From contig NC_068987.1 in the NCBI RefSeq assembly GCF_001194135.2, forward strand, positions 17,581,557 to 17,645,556: 64,000 nt of DNA. The letters run 5' to 3'. Of this stretch, positions 38,257 through 52,752 are shown piece after piece. A model generated the notes under the pieces. It did not search any database. It was not told the DNA's origin and saw nothing but the letters and a program-made list of their open reading frames with translations. Positions within the stretch are counted from its first letter, which is position 1; each line of letters begins with the position of its first letter. This DNA is from Octopus bimaculoides (taxonomy: Eukaryota). A program made the translations under genes and the position numbers.

Positions 38257-38307
<51 letters not shown>
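38080..38307. repeat. (GATA)n microsatellite with a duplicated interruption
   Basis: TAAATAGGTTTGTAGATAGAT occurs twice about 96 bp apart inside the tract. Confidence 0.9.
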
Positions 38308-38309
<2 letters not shown>

Positions 38310-38402
38310 TGAATATATATTATATATGTATGCATCAATATATGTCAATTGTTCATATACGTCTGTATACTCATATTTGTAGGTACGCGTGTATACAAAT
38401 AT

Positions 38403-38775
38403 AGGCGCAGGGGTAGCTTGCTAACCAACCACTTGGTTCCGAGTTCAGTTCCACTGCGTAGCACCTTGGGAGAGTGTCTTCTGCTATAGCCTCGGGCCGA
38501 CCAAAGCCTTGTGAGTGGATTTGCTAAACGGAAACTCAAGGAAGCCCGTCGTATATGCGTGTGTATTTGTGTGTCTGTCTTTGTCCCCCAACCAGCGCTT
38601 GACAATTGATGTTGGTGTGTTTACGTCCCCGTAAGGTACCGGTTCGGCAAAAGAATCCGATAGAATAAGTACTAGGCTTAGAAAAAATAATTCCTGGGGT
38701 CCATTTGTTCGACTACAGGCGGTGCTGCAGCGTAGCCGCAGTCAACTGGCTGAAACAGATAAAAGAATAAAAGAA
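38403..38775 (+). mobile_element. SINE family A, full length
   Basis: Head, GCACCTTGGGAGAGTGTCTT CORE-like block, tail AAAAGAATAAAAGAAT. Confidence 0.9.
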
Positions 38776-38897
38776 TATATATATATTTGTNNNNNNNNNN
38801 NNNNNNNNNNNNNNNNNNNNNNNNNNNNNNNNNNNNNNNNNNNNNNNNNNNNNNNNNNNNNNNNNNNNNNNNNNNNNNNNNNNNATATATATATATA

Positions 38898-39215
38898 TAC
38901 TAGCTGCTATTCCCGGTAATTCCCAGGGGTAAAAACGCCTTATTACTCAGATATAAGAAAGCAATATTGTGCAGTTGCTATGGGTTATTTCCCTTGGTGT
39001 TTAAAAAAGATAGTTATATGAGGTAGATATAAAGATCCTTTCCATGGGCCGTATTATCGATTTTTTTCCCCAATCTAAGTATGTCATGAGGTTTCCAGAC
39101 ATGAGTTCTACTCACGGGTCAAGTTTCATCTAAATCAATAAATCGATGTAGGAGGAGTTTGCTAATAACGCCACAAACAAACACACACCGATTTTCCACA
39201 TATGTAGTAGATATA
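38898..39215 (+). mobile_element. Non-autonomous Helitron-like element (Lep1/DINE-1/HINE-type)
   Basis: Begins TACTAGCTGCTATTCCCGG and contains AAGTTTCATCTAAATC...GGAGGAGTT...ACAAACAAAC, the usual layout of these elements. Confidence 0.55.
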
Positions 39216-39818
39216 TATTTATGGATACATACATACATACGTACATACTACATACTTACATATATACGTACATGTATTATGTTATATTTATGCAGTTCAC
39301 ACACGCGCACACACACACACACACACACGCATGCACACACCTTTTTTGCAAATAACTTACATTAAGACCATTTGTTGGGACTAAAATATGCGAAGACTAA
39401 TTTGACACGATCTATGTCGGACAAAGAGTTATGTCCACGTTGTATTTAGGTCTTAATAATACATTTTCCATGCAATTTCAAGATGCCTTGTATTCAAGTA
39501 GATGCAAATGAAAGAATGATGTTGGTATCGAAATATATTCATAAATCATAACTTGATGTTTCCATTACCACGGAAAGCAAATGGGATGTTAGACTTTGTT
39601 TTCTGAAATATCTAAAATGACGTCTTAACAAAGTGACTTTGTATTTAATTTTTGCACGTTACTCGAGGTCGAAAGAGTTTTGCGTAGCCGTTGGTCAAGA
39701 GAACCACCGAACGATACATCGAAATATTTATAAATTGCCATCAATTGATTATCAGCATTAAAATTAGTATATGTATATAAATGTATATCTTTGTGCGTGT
39801 GTTTGTGTGTACGCATGT

Positions 39819-39850
<32 letters not shown>

Positions 39851-40266
39851 NNNNNNNNNNNNNNNNNNNNNNNNNNNNNNNNNNNNNNNNNNNNNNNNNN
39901 NNNNNNNNNNNNNNNNNNNNNNNNNNNNNNNNNNNNNNNNNNNNNNNNNNNNNNNNNNNNNNNNNNNNNNNNNNNNNNNNNNNNNNNNNNNNNNNNNNNN
40001 NNNNNNNNNNNNNNNNNNNNNNNNNNNNNNNNNNNNNNNNNNNNNNNNNNNNNNNNNNNNNNNNNNNNNNNNNNNNNNNNNNNNNNNNNNNNNNNNNNNN
40101 NNNNNNNNNNNNNNNNNNNNNNNNNNNNNNNNNNNNNNNNNNNNNNNNNNNNNNNNNNNNNNNNNNNNNNNNNNNNNNNNNNNNNNNNNNNNNNNNNNNN
40201 NNNNNNNNNNNNNNNNNNNNNNNNNNNNNNNNNNNNNNNNNNNNNNNNNNNNNNNNNNNNNNNNNN

Positions 40267-40318
<52 letters not shown>

Positions 40319-41156
40319 TGTATGTATGTATTCAAAGAATCAATGTCTGAAACGTAAGGTCTCCTGAAAAAAAAATGGCGATCTCTGGGCCCTATCGATC
40401 CCTGTACATTTGGGGCGTTGGCGGTCTGTCCGAAGACTTTCTAAGAGAATGTACTGAGTTTGTGCACATCGACTAATTCTGTTGACTCTGGTGTACTCCA
40501 GGATTCCATTTTTCTTCCATACGCTTCATTCTATCAACAAAAGGCCCATTTGCCAACGTCTTCAACAATATTGAGTAATACGAATAAAACCACACATTAT
40601 TCTTTTTTTTTCCCTACCCTCTCTGTTCTTTTTTTTGCCGACGCTTATCGAAGCTCACATAACATCCTGTCTGAAAGACTCAACATGCTGCTCTCTACTC
40701 TTTTCATCCATCGTAGTTTCCCCACCATCTCATAATTTTCTCTAGCCACGACGTCCATGCTTTATAATCTCGAACCTACTCCTTCTTGAATCCTTTGCCT
40801 GTGTTCTCCTTTCAGCCCTTTTACTGGTAACTGTTAAAAATAACAATGGCATGACATCAATCTTATCGGTCTCGAAAGGGCCAAAGTGACAGCTCATTTC
40901 TTTAGGCCAACGTTAATGCAAAGATGTATTAGTAGATCTTTAAGTAAGAATATTGACCAGTTCTATTGTGACTATGTTTATACTATGACCTATTGAAGGT
41001 AGAATACCCAGCAAGATCATCTTTACTCTTTCATCCATCTGTGGTTGATATCATAACTAACATCTAAGAACTTGGCCAGATTAAAATGCCTCACCCTCCA
41101 TCACATACGTAGCCTTATAACCTTGTGAGAAATGAATTATTATTAGTATTATAGCT

Positions 41157-41187
41157 CTTCTTCATTTTCTTCTACTTCTTCTTCTTC

Positions 41188-41283
<96 letters not shown>

Positions 41284-41381
41284 TCCTTCTTCTTCTTCCT
41301 CACCTTCCTCTTCTTCATTTACTTTCCTCTTCTACATTTTCTTTTTCATTTTCTTCGTCGTCTTCTTCTTCTTCTTCTTCT

Positions 41382-41421
<40 letters not shown>

Positions 41422-41422
41422 T
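41157..41422. repeat. Compound (TTC)n-(TTA)n-(TTC)n-(TAG)n trinucleotide tract
   Basis: Direct reading. Confidence 0.9.
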
Positions 41423-42897
41423 AGCTTACATTGAACTATTATATTAGATAGAGTACTCGTACGCTATAGTAATTATCCATCACGACCAGAATCGCATTAG
41501 ATCCGTTAATCTATATTGACATTACATATTTGTTATCGATATGATTAAGTAGAAATTTTGAGTCACAGTAATTTGAAAACCGGAAATTAATGCTTTTGGA
41601 TCTCCCAAATATTTGGCAGCAGAAATAACAACATGTTTCGAATATATCTTCTTCGGGAATGCATCAATATAGATAATATGTATGGTCGAAGTAGAATCAT
41701 TATAATCCTGGCATGGTATTCGTGTCAGTTATGGGTACAGATCAAATGCAAAGTTTCCAATAATTCATTTGTGTATGCTAGGAAACCAATTTACAACATC
41801 TGTTACATGGAATGTTCCAGTTGCTCGATAAATAAGCTATCTTTCGTTAGAAATCGGTAATACAGACATTATAAAAAAAAATTATCGTGCATCAATGACC
41901 TTTATATACTTAAACGATATACTATTTAAATCTCATATTTGATCCAATTCTCATTCTACCAATGTAAGTTCTGTATGTATAAAAGCTATTGCATTTCAAT
42001 TATCAACCGATGTCTAGTTTTCGATCTATATTTCTGTCCACTCTGGTAACATACGATGGCAAAATATGAAATTGAATCTAGAATCGATTGAGGTAACGAG
42101 GTGTTTACATTTGATTCGATGTCTTTGGGTGACATTGGAAAATAAATTCACCATGTGAAATTGTTAGATGTGACTCACTGGTCTATTCTAATCAGAACTC
42201 TATGTTTACTACACGAAAAAAAACAAAGCAGCCTTCTTTTCGCATTTGCATTATGATATAAGCCTAGTTTTGAAAATAGCAGAAGCTTTCACCGCATTTC
42301 TATAGAACGTTTGTCAAAGTATCAATAAGTAAAGTTATATTCATACAGAAGTATAATATCGATTTATTTTATTACTTAAGAAAATTGAAAACAGAGAAAA
42401 TATTTCTAGATATCGTTGATGTCAGTAAATCTTAATATAGAGAACATTTTAAAATGCTATTTTTACCCACCAGAAAAGAGGAGGATAACCTTGCAAGGAC
42501 ATAGCGCCTTTAGTACAACTGTCTCTGTTCATCAGTCCATTAAATGTTCAAGATGAAAGATACGTTATTTCTTAATGATTTTGAAGTATAATAGAAAATA
42601 ATGGAAAACAATGTATCATTAGATATTTGCGAATTAATACTGATATTACTCCAAACGACTACTCAGAATCGGCTGATATAAATTAAATCATATCAATAGC
42701 ATCCAACAATAAATTGAAGCTTTCCTTCTAAATATTCTAGTACCTAATATTTCTGTTATATATACATATATATATATATATGTGTGTGTGTGTGTNNNNN
42801 NNNNNNNNNNNNNNNNNNNNNNNNNNNNNNNNNNNNNNNNNNNNNNNNNNNNNNNNNNNNNNNNNNNNNNNNNNNNNNNNNNNNNNNNNNNNNNNNN

Positions 42898-42941
<44 letters not shown>

Positions 42942-43975
42942 CATATTTATATTTTTCCTTTTTATTACTCTGTTTTGTCCCTTCTTATTTCCGGACCTGT
43001 TTTTTTTTTTATATGTTTGCTTCAAGACGTCAACTTTAATTCATTTCCACTCAACAATAGTTTCTTAATGCTTGCAATTTTTGTTTTTTCCTTCTCAGCT
43101 TCAAACAAAGAAAACTAGAAATAAATAAAAGAAATGAGTTTTACCATTTTTAGTTGCAATCACATCAACGCTAGCAAATACATGCTAACCCTGACCTTTC
43201 CTTAATAATATCTGACGGGTGAAATTCTATATTTGCTAAATTATGGAAAATGAAATAAAAATAAAATAAAATAATTAAACGAAATCAGAACTCTTGAAAA
43301 CTGTTTGGGATACTTTGTATAAAAATTGATACTATTGATTTTATTTCTTATACAAGATTCTTTTAATATTTATATATTTGTTTTAAGATTGTCTGACAAA
43401 TCAATAAATATTTGACTGCCGACAATAATCTCATCAAAGGCGATAAGAGTTTCTTCTTAAGTGATATGTTATGTACACCAATGTTCATACAACAAAAGGA
43501 TTATATATTTAGTTGTGGTCATTTTTTTCCTTACAAATATCATTTGGTTTTCTTTATATTTGTCACTTAATTTACGTATTCGCCAAATATTAACCTTTTA
43601 GGCGATGTAGACTTACTGAGGATGTTTTCTATATTTCACGATAATATAAAATAGTGTTTGTTCACTTCTTCATCGACGGATATCAACAACTCATATTTGG
43701 ACTATGTTTCAATTGGCAAAGAAAGAAGAAAACTGTTGTTATTCTTTCACAGTGTTTGATACTTAAATAAATATACAATTATAGTATATGATTGTTTATA
43801 GTATATAACTGTTTATATAAAATTATATATATATACAGACATACATACACACACATATATAAATATATATATATATATGCATGCATGCATGTATGTATGC
43901 ATGTATGTATGTAGGTAGGTAGGTAGGTAGTTAGGTAGGTAGGTTGATAGGTAGATAGATAGGTAGGTAGGTACG

Positions 43976-44006
<31 letters not shown>

Positions 44007-44715
44007 TTATTTATGAGTTCTGACTTATCTCGCAAGCAAATAAAAGAGGAGATTCAAAGGGTCCAACATTTTGTATAACTATTTTACAAGGTATCCCTCT
44101 GTTCCTTTTATTTATATGAAGTTAATATAGGGATTTGTGAAGACACGAAGGTGAATACTTCGTCTGAATGATGGTTGTTCGTTCCCATGAACGCTGACCG
44201 AGTTGTCCTGTCGTTAAACACGCTGTAATTTAGCCCCAGGAGACATCGTCTCCAGCTGGCTATACGACACGATCTGTGTCCTTATATTTTCGAACAAGGG
44301 AATCTAGCATCCACACTCATCTCAAAACAATACCTGTTTATCGCGATTTCTGGGTTTTTTCTCTTCATCAGCACAGAATAATTGTTCGGCTAGCGGTGGC
44401 GCTGCGAAATTCCCTTTCGAAATATATAGTTTTCAAAGTGACAACTAGTCACTGATTTATAAATTAGAAAATTACTTGCCCAGCATAACCGCAATCCCAT
44501 GACTAAAACATGTAAGAGATATATATCTATCTACCTATTTGTCTAACCATCGTCCGACGACAGTTCAGCTGGTTGAAACGATCGAAAGAGCCGCGTAAAA
44601 TAATAACCAGATGTAAAAATAGTAATACGTACAACTTAATCGACTGAACCTTTTCGACGCAGTACCCATGCACGACCGTAATACAAAGACTGAAATCACT
44701 ACAAACAAAATAATC

Positions 44716-45135
44716 TTTTCTATTCTAGGCACAAGGCCCGAAATTCTTGAGGAAAGGGCCAGTCGATTAGATCTACTCCCGTACGCAAATAGTACTTAAT
44801 TTATCTGCCCCGAAAGGATGAAAGGCAAAGTCGACCTGGGCGGAATTTGAACTCAGAAAATAAACACAAGTGAAATACCGCTAAGCATTTCGCCCGGCGT
44901 GCTAACATTTCTTATTTCTTTACTGGCCAAAAGGGGATACACACAGGGAGGACAAACAAAGGGATTAAGTCGATTATATCGACACCAATGCGTAACTGGT
45001 ACTTATTTAATCGACCCCGAAAGGATGAAAGGGAAAGTCGACCTCGGCGAAATTTGAACTCAGAACGTAGAGGCAGACGAAATACCGCTAAACTTTTCGC
45101 CCGGCGTGCTAACAATTCTGCCAGGTCGCCACCTT
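44716..45135 (-). mobile_element. Two adjacent SINE family B copies (44716-44911, 44912-45135)
   Basis: CCCCGAAAGGATGAAAGG.AAAGTCGACCT.GGCG.AATTTGAACTCAG and AAATACCGCTAA..TTTCGCCCGGCGTGCTAAC each occur twice. Confidence 0.9.
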
Positions 45136-45609
45136 ACTACAAAGAAAATAATGAATCAAATATCCCCGTATCAATGCTTCATGCTGCAGGTGTATTCTAA
45201 GATGTATTTTATTTTGTGACAGTTTCAAAAATGATCGTTTACGAAACATCAACACGAACAGCAACAACAACTGGAATTTTATAAACGTAAAAGAAAATAA
45301 ATACACGTTATGCAAGAATATATATAATAATTTATATTTAATTTTATATGTTTTACAACTTTTCTTAGAAACACATTAAGTTATTTATAAAAGTGGTAGG
45401 CGTTATAGTTCACTTCTGTTATATTCTACTCAGTCTCTGCGTGGTTGAAGGCACAAACACACGTATACGTATTGATATATCATCGTTTAAAATAATACAT
45501 GATATAATGGAAAAATATTATACAATTCTAATAATATTAAAAGTACATATATATATATTATTGTACCAAATTTTTAATATGTGGGTATACTATATTTGAA
45601 TGCGTGTGG

Positions 45610-45641
<32 letters not shown>

Positions 45642-46306
45642 NNNNNNNNNNNNNNNNNNNNNNNNNNNNNNNNNNNNNNNNNNNNNNNNNNNNNNNNNNN
45701 NNNNNNNNNNNNNNNNNNNNNNNNNNNNNNNNNNNNNNNNNNNNNNNNNNNNNNNNNNNNNNNNNNNNNNNNNNNNNNNNNNNNNNNNNNNNNNNNNNNN
45801 NNNNNNNNNNNNNNNNNNNNNNNNNNNNNNNNNNNNNNNNNNNNNNNNNNNNNNNNNNNNNNNNNNNNNNNNNNNNNNNNNNNNNNNNNNNNNNNNNNNN
45901 NNNNNNNNNNNNNNNNNNNNNNNNNNNNNNNNNNNNNNNNNNNNNNNNNNNNNNNNNNNNNNNNNNNNNNNNNNNNNNNNNNNNNNNNNNNNNNNNNNNN
46001 NNNNNNNNNNNNNNNNNNNNNNNNNNNNNNNNNNNNNNNNNNNNNNNNNNNNNNNNNNNNNNNNNNNNNNNNNNNNNNNNNNNNNNNNNNNNNNNNNNNN
46101 NNNNNNNNNNNNNNNNNNNNNNNNNNNNNNNNNNNNNNNNNNNNNNNNNNNNNNNNNNNNNNNNNNNNNNNNNNNNNNNNNNNNNNNNNNNNNNNNNNNN
46201 NNNNNNNNNNNNNNNNNNNNNNNNNNNNNNNNNNNNNNNNNNNNNNNNNNNNNNNNNNNNNNNNNNNNNNNNNNNNNNNNNNNNNNNNNNNNNNNNNNNN
46301 NNNNNN

Positions 46307-46345
<39 letters not shown>

Positions 46346-46990
46346 CATATGTATTAGATTTTCACACACAAGCACACAAACACAAATACATATATACATA
46401 TATATATATATGTATGTGTATATCTCTATGTATATGTATTAATATATAATATATACATGAATATACATATGTGTGTGTAGATATATATACACACACTTGT
46501 ATGCGTGTTTGCACAATAGTAGACGTGTAGATGACATTTAAGCACGGCTGTGTAGCTTGTTGATTGAGTCAATTCTTCTTATAACAATCAGTTTAATCAA
46601 CACAGCGTTCACCATCGTAACTGGAATAATCTGGCGACGTATATATACGTTTTCCTGAATAACATTTACAACAGGCTACCTTATGTAAGAAGTGGGTTAC
46701 TTCATATATCAGGTTCGAGTCCTATCTAAAGCTTATTTTTTACGGTTTCGTAATAGTCAAGTAAGAGGTCAATTGTAGTCTAACATTTTGTGCCTGATAG
46801 CCTGCTTTCAATACGTACCTTACATTTCTTTTGCTGTTACATTTATTTACGCTTTTAGTGTTGTTAACTTTCCAATTACGGTCGTACTTGAGTCCTGTGT
46901 TCAAATGTGATAGTTGATCATATCAACTCATGTCTTGCATTTCGTTTCACTTTGATACTTGTTTTTACCAATCATAATTTATCAAATGTA

Positions 46991-47280
46991 AGGCGGCGAG
47001 CTGGCAGAATCGTCAGCACGCCGAGCGAAATGCGTAGCGGTTTTCGTCTGTCGTTACGTTCTGAAATTCAAATTCCGCCGAGGTCAACTTCACCTTTCAT
47101 CCTTTCGGGGTCGATAAATTAAGTACCAGTTATGCACTGGGGTCAATGTAACCGACTTAGCCCATTTGTCTGTCCTTGTTTGTCCCCTCTATGTTTACCC
47201 TCTTGTGGGCAATAAAGAAATAAGAAAGGTTAGCACGCCGAGCAAGACGCTTAGCGGCATTTATTCTGTCTTTATACGAC
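46991..47280 (+). mobile_element. SINE family B, full length, followed by a second partial head
   Basis: GGCGGCGAGCTGGCAGAATCG head, GAAATTCAAATTCC B-box-like, central domain, tail GGCAATAAAGAAATAAGAA. Confidence 0.9.
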
Positions 47281-47529
47281 ATGGTTCTGCAAAGTTTCCA
47301 CCTTGAGTCTTGAATCTTAGGATATGGCAAGAACATGGGTGTTATAAACTTCCATGTAGAGGGATTGAGCCCAGAACCGTGTACATGCAAAGCTAATTAA
47401 TTTCATCACAAAAATTTGCTTACATACATATATACATACACACATACAAACACACGAATATATATAGATATGTTGTGTTCTATTGGCCTGTTAACATTTA
47501 AGTGGCCTGTTAACTATTATTAAGTGGAA

Positions 47530-47768
47530 AGCTGACACTTTCCACAGCCAGTAGACCACGGTGACACTTATTTACTGGTCGTGCTTCAAGAATACTGTGA
47601 AGAATTTTTGCAGTTGCAAGCGAGGTTGACTTTTGTACTTCACACTTGCACCAATCTTTTCCAGCCATGTTGATATTTGAGAGGTGATACTTCCAAGTGC
47701 ACCAGTTACTATTTGTATCACGTCTACTTCTTTATCGACCACAACCTTCGTATTTGACCACAAACTTC

Positions 47769-47771
<3 letters not shown>
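47530..47771 (-). pseudogene. 5'-truncated R4/Dong-clade LINE 3' end
   Basis: SLWSNTKVVVDKEVDVIQIVTGALGSITSQISTWLEKIGA matches the REL C-terminal V.P.V.GALG motif; 5' truncation point abuts (TAA)n on the element strand. Confidence 0.75.
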
Positions 47772-47847
<76 letters not shown>

Positions 47848-47852
47848 CATCA

Positions 47853-47885
<33 letters not shown>
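47772..47885. repeat. (TTA)n/(TCA)n microsatellite
   Basis: Direct reading. Confidence 0.95.
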
Positions 47886-47886
<1 letters not shown>

Positions 47887-49722
47887 ATTACAGTAGCCAT
47901 CATAAATGCAATACATGGTAAAATTTAACTGGAATGTTTATAACGTACTGGTGATAAAATGTGAAATTTTAACAATAGTTGTAGCCAAGATTAATTTAAT
48001 GAGATATATTGATCCATATTTAAATGCAAAATAATTCAATATGATAAAATGCACTTTATATCTGGAAATAAATTTCATATTGATAACCGAGTTTGATACT
48101 TGCCTGTAGGTGAAAGAATAGTGATTAACTAGCAAACAGTAACATCAACAAAAAACTGCGAGATTGTTCAATTTATATGTCAGCGAATTTGCATTATACT
48201 CTCCGTGGAGTAGCGTATTCCTTATAGAGATATGTGGTAATTCACATGCCTGCGTTAAAGCTAGCGGAAATCATTACGAAAGGTCATGCATCATAAGCGT
48301 AATACCACGGGTCGAAACGATCAGGTTTCTTGTGCTCCCGGCTGACATCTTGCAGTTCTGGAAGGAAATAAGTGACAGCTAACGGAGGTGTGTGCAGAGA
48401 CGTGAATAGACAAGCACTTTAGCCAGTACGCATTCGGTGATGCTTACGTCATATTTTCTTCTACATATTTGATTCTACCAAACTTACTTTTATTCAAATC
48501 AATGCCGATCAATTATTTCTTTTTCGTATTTTCCACATTGTATTTTTTTTATCCCATCTGCATTTAAATACGCATGTTCTTTATCCCTCCTATCCTTTTT
48601 ATGCTGTCCGGCGTCCGTTGTCTCCACTTACACACACACGCATATATATATATATATATATATATCTATGTACGTATGTATATGTATGAATACATATATA
48701 TACGTACGTACATATATATATATATATATATNNNNNNNNNNNNNNNNNNNNNNNNNNNNNNNNNNNNNNNNNNNNNNNNNNNNNNNNNNCACAGCGGTTT
48801 TACAGGTAGAGATACCAAGTTAAAGTGATACATTTTGAGAAGATATGGATAATAATAATAAATGGAACAAAACGCATATAAATAAAAGTTCCTTTAATTC
48901 CTACACATGTTTCAAAATAAATGCGACCACTTTCACAAAGAAGAAAGAGCTGCTGGGATTCCTCATATATTTCTCTTCAGGGAGTTCATAATAAAACATA
49001 TAATAGCAACACAAAAACGAAATGATGAGGTAACTTACGAGCAGAGATCTTACATGGTCAGTGACCGTTAGAAGGTTTGTTTACATAGAGATATAAAGGG
49101 GTCAATGATATTATTCCATGGGCTTTAGGAATAAGAACGCTTGTTTACATAGAGATATAAAGGGAGGGGGTTGTACGTTAATTTCAAGAGCAGGCTGTGC
49201 CATTGATCGGATTAACTGGAACCCTCGTCGTCGTAACCGACGGAGCGCCAACAACAAATATATATATATAAATATATCTGAGTTTGTGTGTGTGTGTGTG
49301 TGTGTATGTATCTATGTGTGTGTGTGTATGTGTAATTGTAACTGTCAATAATAATGTACTGTGAATAATAGGGAGTACCATTTCCTTAATAATTGTCTGT
49401 ATGAGAAAATCGGTAATACAAACACGTGCTTGTATATCAAAGAAGTCTAATGTTATTGTAATTAATTTAAGCGGTTCATTTAAACATTTGCTCTACACCA
49501 CGTCTCTAATCGGTGGTATCGTGTAAATAATATATAAATGAGGTGAAGGGCAGAAGTGCCCATTATATGAACCGTACGAACAAAAGGTGAAAATTTGTCA
49601 CATAATACATCGCTGAACAACTGCGTATTTCGATAACTATAAACCGGCTCAGCTGCTGTTTTGACTGTAGTTAGTAAAGCTGACATCCATATATATAATA
49701 GGTGTTGACATCACTAAGCGCT

Positions 49723-49767
<45 letters not shown>

Positions 49768-50277
49768 ACGAACTATGGACAAGGAAACGAAGATATCACA
49801 TAATACAACAACGGGGAAAATTAACTATTTTATAAATGTGTTCTGCTGAGAAATATGAATTTGGCAACAGAATTCTTAATTCTTAGTGCTGCTAATGTGA
49901 TATTTAGTCACTGACAAAGCACAGCGATACAACAGATAGTGTGTTCTATGGAGTTATAGCTGTGTTAATGTAACTCACGAAAAGAATATCTAATACACAC
50001 ACACGCAAAAACATTATGGAGACTTGTACTAGCGATTCGACCTCACGATATTGTCACAGTGTATAATGCTGGATGTACCTATGTTTTGTGTTAAAGGTAG
50101 ATGAACATCTGAGTAGATGGTCATGTCGATCAGCAAGTCACTCTTGAAACCAACGGTGGAATACATCTTGTATTCGTATATTTCTGCGCATGCGTGTGTA
50201 TGTCTATGTTCATTTATGTATACATATACGTACACAGGAAGGTATATATAAATATAGATAGATAGATAGAAACATAA

Positions 50278-50313
<36 letters not shown>

Positions 50314-50351
50314 GTAGGTAGGTAGGTAGGTAGGTAGGTAGGTAGGTAGAC

Positions 50352-50575
50352 AACCGGTGTCGGTGTATTTGAATCCTTGTAACCTAACAGAGGTAATTGA
50401 AAGAATAAGTACGAGGTTTAAGAAAAATAGCCTTGGAGTCGATTTATTCGACTAAATAACAAATTAATTCAAGGTGGTGCTTCAGAATGGTCGCAGGCAA
50501 ATGACTGAAACTGTATATATGGTGCCTGCTCCAGCATGGCGGTAGTCAGCTGACTGAAACAAATAAAAGAATATA
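50352..50575 (+). mobile_element. SINE family A 3' half with a tandemly duplicated tail
   Basis: The GGTGC..CAG.ATGG..G.AG.CA..TGACTGAAAC tail occurs twice (about 50472-50512 and 50521-50565). Confidence 0.75.
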
Positions 50576-51074
50576 TAATATATCGTTGCATATTAAAATA
50601 TGTAAATAGATTATTATGATTGAACGAGTGCATCAAGTAAATGTGACATAAACATCCAAGATTAATCGGAATTTTTTCTTATATATCTCTGTTAAGATGA
50701 ATTCTATATCCGATTATTATATATGCATCCAAATGCATATATATGAATATTTATCTTATGCTAATGAGTCAACATTACCACATACATGTAGACAAAGAAA
50801 CGAGGTGGAACCAAGCAGTATAGTGTTACCTATTGAAAGACGGGGCATGGAAAGAGAGAGAGATGGATCAGAGAGAGAGGGGAGAGACACAAAGCCAGCG
50901 AGAGAGAGACAGGAGGAGGAAAACAAATAGTGGAAGTGTGTTCTTTATTATATTTTTCTTCTGTATTCATGTTCTCATTTACGACAGTCTGAATTGTGTA
51001 TCCATTTGTAATGTCCGTGCCTGCTGGGCTTGTGTATGAACGGGGATATACTTACATATATGCATATATATATG

Positions 51075-51128
<54 letters not shown>

Positions 51129-51298
51129 TGTGTGAGTGTGTGTGCGTGTGTATGTGTGTGTGTGTGTATACATACATGCATATATATGCGTATACATACA
51201 TAACTCCATATGCATAAACGCACATATATGTGTATATATATAATATAATATATAATGTATAATATACATATATATGTTCATATGTATATATACATATT

Positions 51299-51340
<42 letters not shown>

Positions 51341-51841
51341 CACACACTCACATACACGTTATATATGCATTTAGATATGGCATATATATATATGTTTATA
51401 TGTGCGAATATGTCCTTGTCTATGTAAATTGTAAATTTACAGACATGTGTGTGTATGTGATTGTGTGTGTGTGTATGTGATTGTGTGTGTGTGTATGTGA
51501 TTGTGTGTGTGTGTGTGTGTATGCGTGTCTGTGTGTGCGAGTACGTGTATTCTTGGCGTGTGCTTAAGCCTGCTAGACTTCGAGGTCTTGAAATTCCTCC
51601 TGCTTAAATAGCCATATTTGACATAAATATGCTAATAAATATCTACAATTCTCGTTTGTGTACAGCGTTTGCTCATAAAGCGACACACACTCAAATATAT
51701 CTTGACACACACACTTACTCACACACACAGACTCACAGACACTCTCCTACATACATCAATTTTTGTAATCGGAAATACACCTGTACGTAAAAGTATTGAT
51801 ATATATTTGCGTGTCTGTATATGTATATATATATATATCTA

Positions 51842-51925
<84 letters not shown>

Positions 51926-51962
51926 NNNNNNNNNNTATGTGTGTGTGTGTGTGTGTGTGTGT

Positions 51963-52028
<66 letters not shown>

Positions 52029-52030
52029 CT
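51963..52030. repeat. (TAG)n microsatellite
   Basis: Direct reading. Confidence 0.95.
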
Positions 52031-52752
52031 AGTTTCTTGTCTGTAACTAAAGTAGTTGAATGATCTATCATGCAGAAAATTTTATAGAGTAATCACCCTT
52101 TAATATGATTCTCGAAACATCTACGTCATAAGAAGTAATTCTTAATTATTCAATAAGTTTCGCGTTTCTCTTGAAAGTTTCTAGAATGCTTGCCCTGCTC
52201 TCTACTTCTTAGTCGACGAGACTCTGAGCCATTCACATCGTTGCTATGCCTGTCAATTTCTCTACGCCACATGACTGAAAACCACTTAGCTGTTATTTCT
52301 ACATTTCTGAACTTTCTTGCNNNNNNNNNNNNNNNNNNNNNNNNNNNNNNNNNNNNNNNNNNNNNNNNNNNNNNNNNNNNNNNNNNNNNNNNNNNNNNNN
52401 NNNNNNNNNNNNNNNNNNNNNNNNNNNNNNNNNNNNNNNNNNNNNNNNNNNNNNNNNNNNNNNNNNNNNNNNNNNNNNNNNNNNNNNNNNNNNNNNNNNN
52501 NNNNNNNNNNNNNNNNNNNNNNNNNNNNNNNNNNNNNNNNNNNNNNNNNNNNNNNNNNNNNNNNNNNNNNNNNNNNNNNNNNNNNNNNNNNNNNNNNNNN
52601 NNNNNNNNNNNNNNNNNNNNNNNNNNNNNNNNNNNNNNNNNNNNNNNNNNNNNNNNNNNNNNNNNNNNNNNNNNNNNNNNNNNNNNNNNNNNNNNNNNNN
52701 NNNNNNNNNNNNNNNNNNNNNNNNNNNNNNNNNNNATATATATGTATGTATA

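Noticed and set aside
40400-40800. Possible antisense RT fragment (GVHQ-like motif)
   Set aside because: Only one weak motif; insufficient for a call.
42179-43171. Minus-strand micro-exon candidates 42179-42208 (KHRVLIRID) and about 43146-43171 (VDVIATKN)
   Set aside because: Good splice sites but incompatible phases and no homology; such pairs arise often in AT-rich introns.
44330-44376. CUGUG-CUGAUGA hammerhead start on the minus strand
   Set aside because: No stem II pairing, GAAA or stem III downstream; a dead remnant at most.
48280-48360. KPDRFDPW, loosely like the cytochrome P450 PERF region
   Set aside because: Motif order does not match and a stop follows within a few codons; no heme-binding motif nearby.
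49077-49164. Repeat-spacer-repeat pattern resembling a CRISPR unit
   Set aside because: Only two repeats, no cas genes, eukaryotic context; kept only as a direct-repeat finding.
50087-50190. Minus-strand 102-nt open segment EIYEYKMYSTVGFKSDLLIDMTIYSDVHLPLTQNIG
   Set aside because: Acceptor lacks a pyrimidine tract and the faint ZP-domain resemblance is not specific enough.
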